DNA from: a virus
IMG/VR virus record: IMGVR_UViG_3300009103_001934
Span: 96,001 to 160,000 of that record
DNA length: 64,000 nt
Direction: 5' to 3' (one strand)
Shown here: positions 10,016 to 19,620 of the stretch, one piece after another
How the letters are laid out: every line of letters begins with the position of its first letter
How positions within the stretch are numbered: position 1 is the first letter of the stretch
Translations under genes and position numbers: made by a program
The notes under the pieces: model-generated
The model's database searches: none
What the model saw: only the letters and a program-made list of their open reading frames with translations
What the model was told of the DNA's origin: nothing

Positions 10016-10447
10016 TTAACTCACTTTCGCACTTGCATTACCGAAATAAAAACCGATAATGGCGGTTAATGTCTGACGAACTTCTGGAACCATTAAGTAT
10101 CCGTCTAATTCAACGAACTTAATTTCAGTTCCTCCACCAAACAATCCCCACAAAAAAGTACCTCCCGTTTCTTCTATTTGGACAATCGTAGATTGACCCA
10201 TCATCGAAAGGATAAAGGGGGCCAAAATAACCCCAAATAAAACACATACGACGATTGCTCGGCGTACCCATTTTCCAAACTCTACGGGGACTCGTTTCGC
10301 AGCGGCATCGGCGCTTTCTAACTCTGCTTTTTTGGTTCCAATAGCGATTTCGTAAAGCTGCGACCTTTCTTTAGCTCGTTCAGCCATGTATCTAAATATG
10401 AAGCCGGTAATAGCCCCACCCGCCATAGTTAGTAGTTCAATAGGCAT
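10016..10447 (-). CDS. Three-TM membrane protein (holin-like)
   Basis: Three hydrophobic segments, the last ending TAIIGFYFG. Confidence 0.5.
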   Translation of the reverse strand: MPIELLTMAGGAITGFIFRYMAERAKERSQLYEIAIGTKKAELESADAAAKRVPVEFGKWVRRAIVVCVLFGVILAPFILSMMGQSTIVQIEETGGTFLWGLFGGGTEIKFVELDGYLMVPEVRQTLTAIIGFYFGNASAKVS

Positions 10448-10518
10448 ATACTATAATACACCTGAAAAGTTTGAAGAATTAGCTTGACCAAATAAAGGAA
10501 ATAAAGTATCATTAAAGT

Positions 10519-11160
10519 ATGAAAAAAGTGACATTAACTGATTTGAACGGGAAAGAGATAGAAGTATATTTTGCAGATGATAAAACAGTGAAAAGCGTGA
10601 AACATAGTGATAACTATGAAGTAAAGATTGAGGATGTTCCCACAGACCAGAATTGGTTTGAAATGACGGGGGGAAAACCTGCCGTTGGCGAGTGTGGGTC
10701 TGATTATGATGACCCTGACCATCCCCTAAATAAGCATGATGAAGGCCAAACGTACTGGTTTAGCGGGGGTGAGCAAGACGTAAACGAAAATAGCGCATGG
10801 TGCGGCGCGGGTGATGAGGACTGCGGAAAAGAAACGAAAGAAAATTTTTACCAAAAGTTAAATAAACAGTGGCTAAATAAAGCAAACAAGCTTGAACAGT
10901 CTGGGAGCCAAATAAAGATAGACGATACGATTCCTAGCGATTTTCTTGAAACGCTGGAGCTACGCCCCCAATCAATTTACAGAGTAGCGGGATTGGATTT
11001 GCTCGCAAAATTTGTGGGTAGTTTTTCCACGGTAGTACCCGATGGTAATAAAATCTTGCTTCAAATGAAAAGACATGGTACTATATTCTATGTAGAAGAA
11101 GACAGCTTAATGAAAGCTACTGACCTAGAGGTACAAACCTATCTCGAAGAATCTAAATAA
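10519..11160 (+). CDS. Hypothetical protein, leaderless
   Basis: TTGACC(10484)-17-TATCAT(10507), with ATG 6 nt downstream. Confidence 0.75.
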   Translation: MKKVTLTDLNGKEIEVYFADDKTVKSVKHSDNYEVKIEDVPTDQNWFEMTGGKPAVGECGSDYDDPDHPLNKHDEGQTYWFSGGEQDVNENSAWCGAGDEDCGKETKENFYQKLNKQWLNKANKLEQSGSQIKIDDTIPSDFLETLELRPQSIYRVAGLDLLAKFVGSFSTVVPDGNKILLQMKRHGTIFYVEEDSLMKATDLEVQTYLEESK

Positions 11161-11184
11161 ATAAATAAATAAATAAATAAGACT

Positions 11185-11478
11185 ATGGAAACTAACGAAG
11201 TAAATCCCACGGAAGAATGCAAAGATTGCGACAACAAGCCCAATTTTTCCGAAATGAGCAAGCAGGAACAAAACTGGATGCTTATGACGATTTTGCAAAT
11301 GCCTTGGCATCATGCAAATAAAATTGAAGATGAGTCCGATAGGCTTTTTCTTTTGAAGAAGGCGCAGGAGATTCAAATCTTTATGCAGCAACAAGAGCAG
11401 ATGAGGATGCAGCAACAGCAGATGCAAGAGCAACAGGACATTATTATGCCTCCCCCATCTTCAATCGTTACCCCGTAA
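11185..11478 (+). CDS. Hypothetical protein with Gln-rich C-terminus
   Basis: MQQQEQMRMQQQQMQEQQD. Confidence 0.7.
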   Translation: METNEVNPTEECKDCDNKPNFSEMSKQEQNWMLMTILQMPWHHANKIEDESDRLFLLKKAQEIQIFMQQQEQMRMQQQQMQEQQDIIMPPPSSIVTP

Positions 11479-11484
11479 ATAAGA

Positions 11485-11790
11485 ATGAAAACATTTATTG
11501 TCGTAGGCAACCAGTGGGAGCGCAAAATCGAGATAGATGAAAGTGACTTTGAAAAGTACGGAGACATGGCGATGGAAGCGATGACCCGTGTGACAGAGAG
11601 TATTCTTAATGATGAAGAAGAAACGATGTGGGGTTTTATATTAATGACTTATGAAGAAGGCTATAAAGATGACCCCGATAAGACGGTTGCGTGTTTGTGT
11701 GAGATAGTGTTTAGAAATGCGGGTTATCATACCCTTGCAGACCAAGCGCGTAAACAAGCGCAAAAAATGATAGAAGATAGCACTAATTAA
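11485..11790 (+). CDS. Hypothetical protein
   Basis: Packed operon ORF. Confidence 0.7.
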   Translation: MKTFIVVGNQWERKIEIDESDFEKYGDMAMEAMTRVTESILNDEEETMWGFILMTYEEGYKDDPDKTVACLCEIVFRNAGYHTLADQARKQAQKMIEDSTN

Positions 11791-11800
11791 ATTAATTAAA

Positions 11801-11995
11801 ATGAACCAATTAAAAGTATTCATTAAATCGGACAGGGTTAATGAGAGATTTGAAGGGGTCTGGGAGTGTTTTGTTACCACAGAGGAACTAGAGACTTACA
11901 AGATTACATTTGAGCAACTTGCTAGACCTACGTTAGACGAGGTAAAGCTCATGTTTATACAGAATAAAGATAATTTTGAAAAAGTAGAAGATTAA
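11801..11995 (+). CDS. Hypothetical protein
   Basis: Preceded by TAATTAAATTAATTAAA. Confidence 0.65.
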   Translation: MNQLKVFIKSDRVNERFEGVWECFVTTEELETYKITFEQLARPTLDEVKLMFIQNKDNFEKVED

Positions 11996-12044
11996 TTGTC
12001 AAAAAGTGCTTGACTTCATTTTGGATATACCGCATAATGAGGTC

Positions 12045-12794
12045 ATGCAAGCAAAACAACTCGACTTTATCGGAACGCCGAAGATTGAAAGGGGCGTTGA
12101 GCAATTTGATTTGTGGGGAGATGATTGGAAACCCACAAAGATTCGTAATGATGTAGATTTCAGTAAGGTCGATGCCTTATTCAACTCTTTCGACATGAAA
12201 GAGGTTGAGACTTACAAGACTTACTGGGAAACCATCAAGCCAAAGAATGAGACAGAGATGTTTCAGCGTTGGCTATTCGCTTTTATGTCCGTCCATACCA
12301 GTTGGGAATCCAACGTGCGAGGATACCTCGCGGTTAAGGATTGGACTAAATGGGTAAACCGCGACGATGAGCTTGAACGACTACTCGTAGAGAGTCGAGT
12401 AGGCTTGCATAAAAATCGTACAAGATTTGTCTCGCAGTTTGCCCATCACTTTTGGAGCAACCCCGAAGAATATAAGTATGATGGAGGGAACTGGCAAGAG
12501 TTCCGCAACAAGTTAGTGAAGAAGATACTCGGACTTGGGATTGCGAAGGTATCATTTGGATTTGAAATGATTTATCCTAATGAAGCGGAAGTGACCTGTA
12601 TGGACACTCACCTCTTTCAAGCGTATGGACTCGACCAGAGTAAGGACGCTACGAGGTATATGGAGATTGAGAATTATTGGCTGGATATGTGTCGTATGTG
12701 GAATGTGCCGTCTACGATTGCCCGTGCAATCTTGTGGGACAGGAAGCAAGACCAAGCTGATAGCAGATATTGGACTTATGTATTGGAGGATTAA
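12045..12794 (+). CDS. HhH-GPD DNA glycosylase/AP lyase (8-oxoG glycosylase Ogg-like)
   Basis: HhH hairpin ILGLGIAKVSF with Lys, catalytic Asp in MDTH, C-terminal RYMEIE..AILW. Start moved because promoter TTGACT(12010)-17-CATAAT(12033) overlaps the track start. Confidence 0.7.
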   Translation: MQAKQLDFIGTPKIERGVEQFDLWGDDWKPTKIRNDVDFSKVDALFNSFDMKEVETYKTYWETIKPKNETEMFQRWLFAFMSVHTSWESNVRGYLAVKDWTKWVNRDDELERLLVESRVGLHKNRTRFVSQFAHHFWSNPEEYKYDGGNWQEFRNKLVKKILGLGIAKVSFGFEMIYPNEAEVTCMDTHLFQAYGLDQSKDATRYMEIENYWLDMCRMWNVPSTIARAILWDRKQDQADSRYWTYVLED

Positions 12795-13037
12795 GAATGT
12801 TATTTAGATACGAACACGCCGCCCGAACTTGGGCATATCAACAGAAACAGTGGTATGGCAGAACAGTCAAAGTAATTGAGATTAAAGAAACTCCAGAAGG
12901 AGCAAGATGGAAAGTATTATGAGAGAACCAGACGGAAGTATGTTTATTATTGGGGTCTTAATTGTCTGCGCTATTGTTATAGCAGTAATAGGACTTGGTT
13001 GGGAGGCTTATTTAGCATGGTATATTAGAAACTAAAA

Positions 13038-13214
13038 ATGAAACAATACTGGATTCAAAAAAGGTACGAGGACGGCAAGAAGCGATGGGAACTCACTGTC
13101 GCTCAATTTAGGAGCGGCGACCCCGATGCAGTCCGTAGAGCATACGAGCCGCAAGCAAAGGCTTTTAATTATGAGATACTCGATGTGAAGGAATATATTA
13201 TTAGATACGAATAG
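13038..13214 (+). CDS. 58-aa hypothetical protein (not in ORF track)
   Basis: MKQYWIQKRYEDGKKRW... fills the gap before the ligase. Confidence 0.5.
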   Translation: MKQYWIQKRYEDGKKRWELTVAQFRSGDPDAVRRAYEPQAKAFNYEILDVKEYIIRYE

Positions 13215-13235
13215 AGAATTAAATTAATTAAAATT

Positions 13236-14459
13236 ATGAGTTATTGGGAAGAATTAGTTAAGCGAGAACAGAATATGAAAAAACTACCTACACTATACAA
13301 AAAGACCACTATTGGTAAAACACAAACTTGGGAAATCGAGGTGGACGGGAATAAGTTCCGTACTATTTCTGGACAAGCAGACGGCAAGAAGGTCGTAAAC
13401 AACTGGACTGTTTGCGAAGGTAAGAATGTGGGAAAGAAAAATGCTACCACTGGTGAGGAACAAGCACTCAAAGAAGCAGAGGCGAAGCACAAGAAAAAGC
13501 TGGAGGCTGGATACCACTTGAACCTCAAGAATATCAGTAAGAAGCGTTTCTATGAGCCTATGCTCGCACAGGATTTCAAGAACAAGAATCGCCAGAAGGA
13601 GGTAATGTTTGAGATTGATGAGGAGGGCATCGGTGCGCCTGTATTCTCTCAACCCAAACTGGACGGCATACGTTGTATCGCCATGCGCGAAGGATTGTTT
13701 ACCCGTACTGGTAAGGAGATTACTGCCGTGCCTCATATCCATGAGGAACTGGAACCTTTCTTTGAGAAGTATCCTAATGCTGTTCTTGACGGTGAATTGT
13801 ATAATCATGCTTACAAAGATGATTTCAACAAAATCATTCATCTCGTTCGCAAGCAGAATCTTACTGACGAGCATTTGGAGGAGAGTAAGAAGATGATTCA
13901 GTATCATATTTATGATGCGCCCGTGATTGGTAGTGGACGATACGCTATGACAGAAAAGGATTCATTTTCGGATAGAACCTCCACGTTAGATGGATTTTTT
14001 AGGTATTTGAATAAACCGAACTTGAATACCAAGTACGATGATGCTCTCGTTATTGTCGAGACTACCGAAGTGGACGGTAAAGAGCATCTCGACGAACTGT
14101 ATGGAGAATATATTGAGCATGGTTACGAAGGGCAAATGATTAGACTCGATGGCCCTTACGAGAATAAACGCTCGCCAAGGTTGCTAAAACGCAAGGAGTT
14201 TATTGACGAAGAATATACTATTCTTGGATACGAAGAAGGCGAAGGTAATCGTGCTGGAACCATTAAACACTTCAAATTCAAAAACAAGGACGGCAGAGAG
14301 TTTAATTCAAATGTGAAAGGCTCATTTTCGTACTTGACAAAACTACTGGAAATCGGGGATACTCTAATAGGTAAGGACGCGACGATTAAGTATTTTAATC
14401 TCACGCCAGACGGTGTACCTCGCTTCCCGTATGTAATCGCAATCAGAGACTACGAATAA
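13236..14459 (+). CDS. lig: ATP-dependent DNA ligase with N-terminal WGR-like domain
   Basis: Motif I QPKLDGIRC, LDGELY, YHIYD, YEGQMIR, LLKRK, OB-fold GVPRFP. Confidence 0.95.
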   Translation: MSYWEELVKREQNMKKLPTLYKKTTIGKTQTWEIEVDGNKFRTISGQADGKKVVNNWTVCEGKNVGKKNATTGEEQALKEAEAKHKKKLEAGYHLNLKNISKKRFYEPMLAQDFKNKNRQKEVMFEIDEEGIGAPVFSQPKLDGIRCIAMREGLFTRTGKEITAVPHIHEELEPFFEKYPNAVLDGELYNHAYKDDFNKIIHLVRKQNLTDEHLEESKKMIQYHIYDAPVIGSGRYAMTEKDSFSDRTSTLDGFFRYLNKPNLNTKYDDALVIVETTEVDGKEHLDELYGEYIEHGYEGQMIRLDGPYENKRSPRLLKRKEFIDEEYTILGYEEGEGNRAGTIKHFKFKNKDGREFNSNVKGSFSYLTKLLEIGDTLIGKDATIKYFNLTPDGVPRFPYVIAIRDYE

Positions 14460-14460
14460 A

Positions 14461-14664
14461 ATGAAAGACTACGAGATAGTGGACAAGGATGACGGTTATT
14501 GGGTTATTGACGAAACAGGCTACGCTCAAGGCCCATACGATAACATTAAAGACTGCCATGACGATATTCCAATAACGGCAAATGTTCAATATCCTTTGCC
14601 TACGTTTGGTAGTCTGCTTGAAGAAATGAGAGACTATCCCCACAGGGACAACCACATGGATTAA
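14461..14664 (+). CDS. Hypothetical protein
   Basis: Packed ORF. Confidence 0.6.
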   Translation: MKDYEIVDKDDGYWVIDETGYAQGPYDNIKDCHDDIPITANVQYPLPTFGSLLEEMRDYPHRDNHMD

Positions 14665-14667
14665 TTT

Positions 14668-15033
14668 ATGAAACTAAAATGGGAAAAAAATACACGGGTA
14701 ATGGGTCTTGTCAATCAAGGTAAAATTGATGCCAAGGACGTTATAGAACGCACACAAACTGCGAACTTTCCTGCTGGAGCAGCAACGGTAAGACTGCGAA
14801 TGGTAAGAGAGAAGAAACCATTTGTCACGGTTCACATTCGCGGCAAGTCAGACATTAGGAAGCATCCTTGGGGAAGCTACGAGTACGCTCCGACTTGTCG
14901 AATCAATTTCGGAGGTGCATGGCAAGGTACGCCCAACGAGTTCATGGATTCAAATGGACAGTTGGATGCGGATTTGAATTGGCTCGACGTACACAACGTA
15001 GTCGAACGCGCAAAACAAGCACTTGGAATCTAA
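14668..15033 (+). CDS. Hypothetical protein
   Basis: Packed ORF. Confidence 0.7.
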   Translation: MKLKWEKNTRVMGLVNQGKIDAKDVIERTQTANFPAGAATVRLRMVREKKPFVTVHIRGKSDIRKHPWGSYEYAPTCRINFGGAWQGTPNEFMDSNGQLDADLNWLDVHNVVERAKQALGI

Positions 15034-15047
15034 TTAAATTAATTAAA

Positions 15048-15209
15048 ATGGGATACAAGATACTAGACGTTAAAGCAGACATTCACGAAGATATTGAAAG
15101 GTACTTTGAGGAAAAATGGCCCCAACTACGAGAGTTCGGTTGGAAAAACCAACTAGAGGGGGATGTTCTCGACATAGTAGACGAACACTTTGAAAAAATC
15201 GAGCGATGA
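15048..15209 (+). CDS. Hypothetical protein
   Basis: ATG after the TAATTAAATTAATTAAA motif, in frame with track ORF 14868. Confidence 0.55.
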   Translation: MGYKILDVKADIHEDIERYFEEKWPQLREFGWKNQLEGDVLDIVDEHFEKIER

Positions 15210-15388
15210 GAAACTACGAATTAATTAAGGCAATCTACGATAGATGCCCAGATGCAACAGACCATCCTTATACCATAGACCAATACTTTGACCGTTGCCA
15301 AGACATTATAGACATGATTGAGCGCGAAAGACCAGAACTTAAAAGTAAGAATCATTACCCACAACAAGAAGCAGGAATAGATTACTAA
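15206..15388 (+). CDS. Hypothetical protein
   Basis: ATGA overlap with the previous gene. Confidence 0.6.
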   Translation: MRNYELIKAIYDRCPDATDHPYTIDQYFDRCQDIIDMIERERPELKSKNHYPQQEAGIDY

Positions 15389-15390
15389 TT

Positions 15391-15579
15391 ATGCCAGAAT
15401 CAAAGCATCACAGAAAAGGCAGGAGTCACAGTCAGTGGCGTAAGGCTCGGAATAATCGTCGCGCAAACGAAAGGCAGCGTAAAGCAGCAGAGAGGCGCGG
15501 AATGGTAAAAGCGATGGAGTTAATGCGTCAACAATATGAAAGTGAGAAAGTTGTTGACATTAAATCGGAAAGCGAATAG
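15391..15579 (+). CDS. Basic hypothetical protein
   Basis: Arg/Lys-rich helical ORF. Confidence 0.6.
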   Translation: MPESKHHRKGRSHSQWRKARNNRRANERQRKAAERRGMVKAMELMRQQYESEKVVDIKSESE

Positions 15580-15590
15580 AATTACAAAAG

Positions 15591-15839
15591 ATGACTGATA
15601 AAGAAATCCTAAACGAAGTTTACGCTCGTCTAAATTTGAAAACGGACAATAGCTTTGAAGTCCATACTTTCAAGTCGATTACTGAATTTATTGAGAGAGA
15701 ATGGCAGAAGCAAGACGAGCAGGAATACGATGAAACCGTCCCTAGTTTTAGTAAACAGTGGTACACGGATGTTCGTGATATGGAACGTCATCGCGGATTG
15801 GAAATCGGGCCTGACGGCACAGTGATGGAGGTCAAATGA
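15591..15839 (+). CDS. Hypothetical protein
   Basis: Promoter TTGACA(15554)-17-TAGAAT(15577). Confidence 0.65.
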   Translation: MTDKEILNEVYARLNLKTDNSFEVHTFKSITEFIEREWQKQDEQEYDETVPSFSKQWYTDVRDMERHRGLEIGPDGTVMEVK

Positions 15840-15998
15840 ATTTTAATATAGAAAAGATAGATAGTCTGTATTACATCACCGATAGCGTGATGACCACTCC
15901 ACCATGCGTAGATAGATATGGGCCTTTTAAGACCTACAAAGAAGCAACTAATTTTATGGAAGAACAACTATCAATACTAAAAGAATACGGAGAATAAA

Positions 15999-16193
15999 AT
16001 GACCAAAGGATTTATTATTTTAATTATTTTAATTACGAGTGGGTGCTGCTGCTTATGCGAGAAAGAACCAGAGTTTAAGCCTCTGCCGCCCGAAAAGTTG
16101 CATGACCTACTTCATATCAGCAACAATTACGCTTACAAAAGCGTTACAAAAGAAGATTATGATATAGAAGATTTCTGCTCGACAGAAGGCTAA
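15999..16193 (+). CDS. Small putative lipoprotein
   Basis: Hydrophobic N-terminus then TSGCCC. Confidence 0.55.
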   Translation: MTKGFIILIILITSGCCCLCEKEPEFKPLPPEKLHDLLHISNNYAYKSVTKEDYDIEDFCSTEG

Positions 16194-16207
16194 AAGAATA
16201 GTACCTT

Positions 16208-16405
16208 ATGAAAACATTAAAGAGAAAGAATAAAGGGAAACAAGAATATAAGCGAGTCTTTGACATCGTTGCAGACAACATGGTTAAAAACCAAGGATGG
16301 GCATACTGCCCCAAGTCTGAATGGCGCGAGAAGGTGCGAGACGCTAAACCAGTAGAGACTAAAAAGAAAGTGAGTAAGAAGCGTGACAGAAAAGCAAAAA
16401 ACTAA
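16208..16405 (+). CDS. Basic hypothetical protein
   Basis: GWAYCPKSEW core. Confidence 0.6.
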   Translation: MKTLKRKNKGKQEYKRVFDIVADNMVKNQGWAYCPKSEWREKVRDAKPVETKKKVSKKRDRKAKN

Positions 16406-16744
16406 ACAGTACCTAGATAGTATGTTGAGCGATAGTCTCCAAGAGACACTTGAACGTAAGGCTCAATCCTACAAGAAAAAGGGTTTGGAGAAACAGGCCA
16501 AGAAGATTCGCGCCTTCAAAAAGGATGTGCGGAAAATGGTAGGTTCACTATGAGCGACGAAGGTTCAAGAAATCGGAGCGGAAAATATAGGCAACCTTAT
16601 TGCCAGCCTATTGACAATCCCGAAATTCCAAGTAAAAAGGATTGGTGGCAGGAGGTTTGCGATGCAGCAGGAGAAAAAAATTATTGGGTAAAAAACAAGA
16701 ATAAAGTTGACAAAGAAAGCTAATTATATTATTTTTATTAAACT

Positions 16745-16951
16745 ATGAAAACATTAAAGTTGACATTACATAACGAAAAGCCGATTGTGCTTAACATGGA
16801 CAAGTTCATTCACGCTATGACTATTCGTGACGAAGCTGAAGAAGGGGAGACGCAAGAGCATACCCGACTTCTTTTCGAGGGCGAACAGGAAATTGATGTG
16901 AAAGAGTCTCTTGAAGATGTGAGTACGAAAGTGTGGGAACTTAAAGAGTAA
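16745..16951 (+). CDS. FlbD/SwrD-like small protein (second copy)
   Basis: LKLT..NEKPIVLN.D....T.L.F.G...I.VKESLEDV. Confidence 0.5.
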   Translation: MKTLKLTLHNEKPIVLNMDKFIHAMTIRDEAEEGETQEHTRLLFEGEQEIDVKESLEDVSTKVWELKE

Positions 16952-16969
16952 TTAAATTAATTTAATTTC

Positions 16970-17209
16970 GTGTCTAAAGAGATTAAAAATCTTCACAGGC
17001 GCAGAAAAAGGCTCGGCTTGAGCCTACTGCGCTATTTTCATGCTTTTATGGCAGGGTATGGAGACAAAAGAACAAGTAAGGACTGTCCATACGAAACAGA
17101 GTCTTTGAGTAAAGCCTATTGGGAAGGCAGAAAAACTAGGATGAATTATGATGGTTTGACTGGATGTGGCTTTATAGCAAAAAAGACCTTGACTCCATAT
17201 CGGGATTAG
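16970..17209 (+). CDS. Hypothetical protein
   Basis: AFMAGY..CPY..AYWEG. Confidence 0.55.
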   Translation: MSKEIKNLHRRRKRLGLSLLRYFHAFMAGYGDKRTSKDCPYETESLSKAYWEGRKTRMNYDGLTGCGFIAKKTLTPYRD

Positions 17210-17240
17210 ACTATACTGGTCTTACAGTTAAGCAAAACCT

Positions 17241-19523
17241 ATGAAACCTATTACAAACCAACAAACCGTCAAGTCTAGCGGCATCCAGAAGTCTGTATCT
17301 TTTGGAATCAAATCCTCTGGACTCCATCACATCCTCGGAATCCTCCGAAATCAACTTTACTCGGATAAGGAACTTGCGGTTATCCGTGAATACTCCTGTA
17401 ACGCAGTTGACGCACACACAGCAGCAGGGCATCCAGAACGCCCAATCGAAGTTACCTTGCCGACCAAAATGAGCCTGTTCTTTAAGGTTCGTGACTTTGG
17501 CCCAGCACTTTCTGAATCTGAAATTCAAGAGGTGTATGCCTTCTATGGTGAGTCCACCAAGCGTAACACCAACGACCAGATTGGTATGCTGGGTATTGGT
17601 TCCAAAGCGGCATTTGCCTACGGAGACAATTACGTTATCAATTCGTACCTTGACGGCAAGAAGTATATCTATAACGCCTTTATCGACCCGTCACAGATTG
17701 GTCAGATTTCCAAGATTGGTGAAGAACCAACCAAGTTCGCAAATGGTATTGAAATCGTTGTTCCTGTCAGGGGCGAAGATGTAGACGCTTTCGTAGACAA
17801 ATCGAAAGACCTCTTTCGTTGGTTTAATGTGATTCCGACAATTAAAGGTCACTCGCAGTTTGAATATGAGAATGAAGCACTCTTTGAGGCAGACGAATGG
17901 AAGTGGTTAGCCGAAAAGCGTGACCGTTATGACAAAGGTGAGGCAATCGCAGTCATGGGGAACATAGGTTATCCCATCGACGTTTATTCCTTGGGAGACT
18001 TCAACGAAGAAGAAACTAACTTACAAGAGTTGCTTTGCGCCAATCTTGTGATGAAGTTCGACATCGGTGATTTAGAGATTTCAGCATCACGCGAAAAGTT
18101 ACAATATACGGAATATACTCGTAAGAAAATTAAAGAGAAACTGAAAACTGTTTCTGATGAGCTTATCAGCGTCATCAGCAAAGAGTTCAGTGGTTGCAAA
18201 ACGCTATGGGATGCAAAATGTCTCATGGGTTCCATCTTTGATATGGCAAGCAACCTCTACAACTTGCGGAACTTTGTAGCAAAGAAAATGAAGTTCAAAG
18301 GCAAGAAGATAGGTGATACCAGCATCGGTGCTTACTATCAGTTCGGCAAGGATTCAAAGGGAGACTACACCGACTCTGAAAGCGTCGAAATGCACACTTG
18401 GAAAAAGTCATGGAGAAGCGAGAAGTATCGCATCGAGGAGACTAATCACCTTACTGCATCCAAAAAGGTAGTAGTTATTGAGAATGACCAAGGGCATCGT
18501 CGCGGAATCATGGGCAAAGTATTGCCTTACATTCTGGAACAGGAGAAGAATGTCTATTTAATTAAATTTAATAGCGAGGCAGAGAAGAAGCGTTGGAAAG
18601 CGTATGCGGGTTTCGACACTAAAATGCTCAAATTGAGCGAGATGGAGAAACGTCCGTTGAGTGATTTCGCTGGATACTCTGCTGCTCCTGCTGGTTCTGG
18701 AGTGGGTGAGAAGAACAAAAAGCACTCTGCAAAGTGTTTCACGTTCAAATTCGACCACAAGGGACAGTATTGGGACAGAAAGAAGTCCTCTTGGTGGAGC
18801 ATCGCAGACGTAGACGTAGCAGACACTAGCGAAACGCGAGTGTACGTTATCCTAGACCAATTCCAAGCAGAGAGGAATAATGGCGATGGATACCCAACTA
18901 CCGAAGTACCTAACAAGATTAAGGAACTGAAGAACTGCTTTGAGCAAGCTCATATCCCCTTCCCCGAAAACGTGTATGGGTTCAAGCTCAAGAATCGTAG
19001 TGATGTGGAAGGTAAGGACGGTTGGATTACCCTCTGGGATTACATCCAAGTCACGCTCAAGGAGAAGCTCAAGGACGGTGAGTATGAATTGGCATGGGCC
19101 GATATGCTGGAATTGAAGGCACTTGAGAATGACCGTGACCTTGTGGAAGATTACTGGAATTGGGACGCTAAAGGACTCCTGACGCAATTAAGAGCCTCCA
19201 TAGAGGATATGGCACTCAAGGATGCAGAAGGTTCTGCTCATGCGTTAGCGTGTAATTTCGGGCTAATGAAGGCACGTTCTGGACGCGATGGCGTTGAGAC
19301 AATCAAGAACCTTTGCTCTCAATTCGGCATCGAAGTGAATCTGAAGGGTAAACCATCATTTCCGCTCATAAAAGAGTTCAAAAAGGCACTGAAACGCTAC
19401 CCGATGCTCAAGCACATCAAATCCGATGTGTGGAGGCACGGCAAAGTGCAAGGTATGAAGGAAATCGTCAACTACATCAATCTGGTTGACGTATGTAACC
19501 AATCCTCAAGCACAGAGGAGTAA
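17241..19523 (+). CDS. rIIA: rIIA-like protein (N-terminal GHKL/Hsp90-type ATPase)
   Basis: IREYSCNAVDAH, VRDFG, GMLGIGSKAAFAY, NGIEIVVPV. An rIIB-like gene lies nearby. Promoter TTGACT(17189)-17-TATACT(17212). Confidence 0.8.
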   Translation: MKPITNQQTVKSSGIQKSVSFGIKSSGLHHILGILRNQLYSDKELAVIREYSCNAVDAHTAAGHPERPIEVTLPTKMSLFFKVRDFGPALSESEIQEVYAFYGESTKRNTNDQIGMLGIGSKAAFAYGDNYVINSYLDGKKYIYNAFIDPSQIGQISKIGEEPTKFANGIEIVVPVRGEDVDAFVDKSKDLFRWFNVIPTIKGHSQFEYENEALFEADEWKWLAEKRDRYDKGEAIAVMGNIGYPIDVYSLGDFNEEETNLQELLCANLVMKFDIGDLEISASREKLQYTEYTRKKIKEKLKTVSDELISVISKEFSGCKTLWDAKCLMGSIFDMASNLYNLRNFVAKKMKFKGKKIGDTSIGAYYQFGKDSKGDYTDSESVEMHTWKKSWRSEKYRIEETNHLTASKKVVVIENDQGHRRGIMGKVLPYILEQEKNVYLIKFNSEAEKKRWKAYAGFDTKMLKLSEMEKRPLSDFAGYSAAPAGSGVGEKNKKHSAKCFTFKFDHKGQYWDRKKSSWWSIADVDVADTSETRVYVILDQFQAERNNGDGYPTTEVPNKIKELKNCFEQAHIPFPENVYGFKLKNRSDVEGKDGWITLWDYIQVTLKEKLKDGEYELAWADMLELKALENDRDLVEDYWNWDAKGLLTQLRASIEDMALKDAEGSAHALACNFGLMKARSGRDGVETIKNLCSQFGIEVNLKGKPSFPLIKEFKKALKRYPMLKHIKSDVWRHGKVQGMKEIVNYINLVDVCNQSSSTEE

Positions 19524-19527
19524 AAAA

Positions 19528-19571
19528 CAGGGGGGCGTGAGGGTTTAGTAGGTTTTCCCTCGCGCTCCCCG
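19528..19571 (+). terminator. GC-rich hairpin after rIIA
   Basis: GGGGGCGTGAGGG...CCCTCGCGCTCCCC. Confidence 0.6.
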
Positions 19572-19620
19572 TCTTAAAAAACGAACAAAAAAACTAATTA
19601 AATTAATTTTATTAAGAAAA

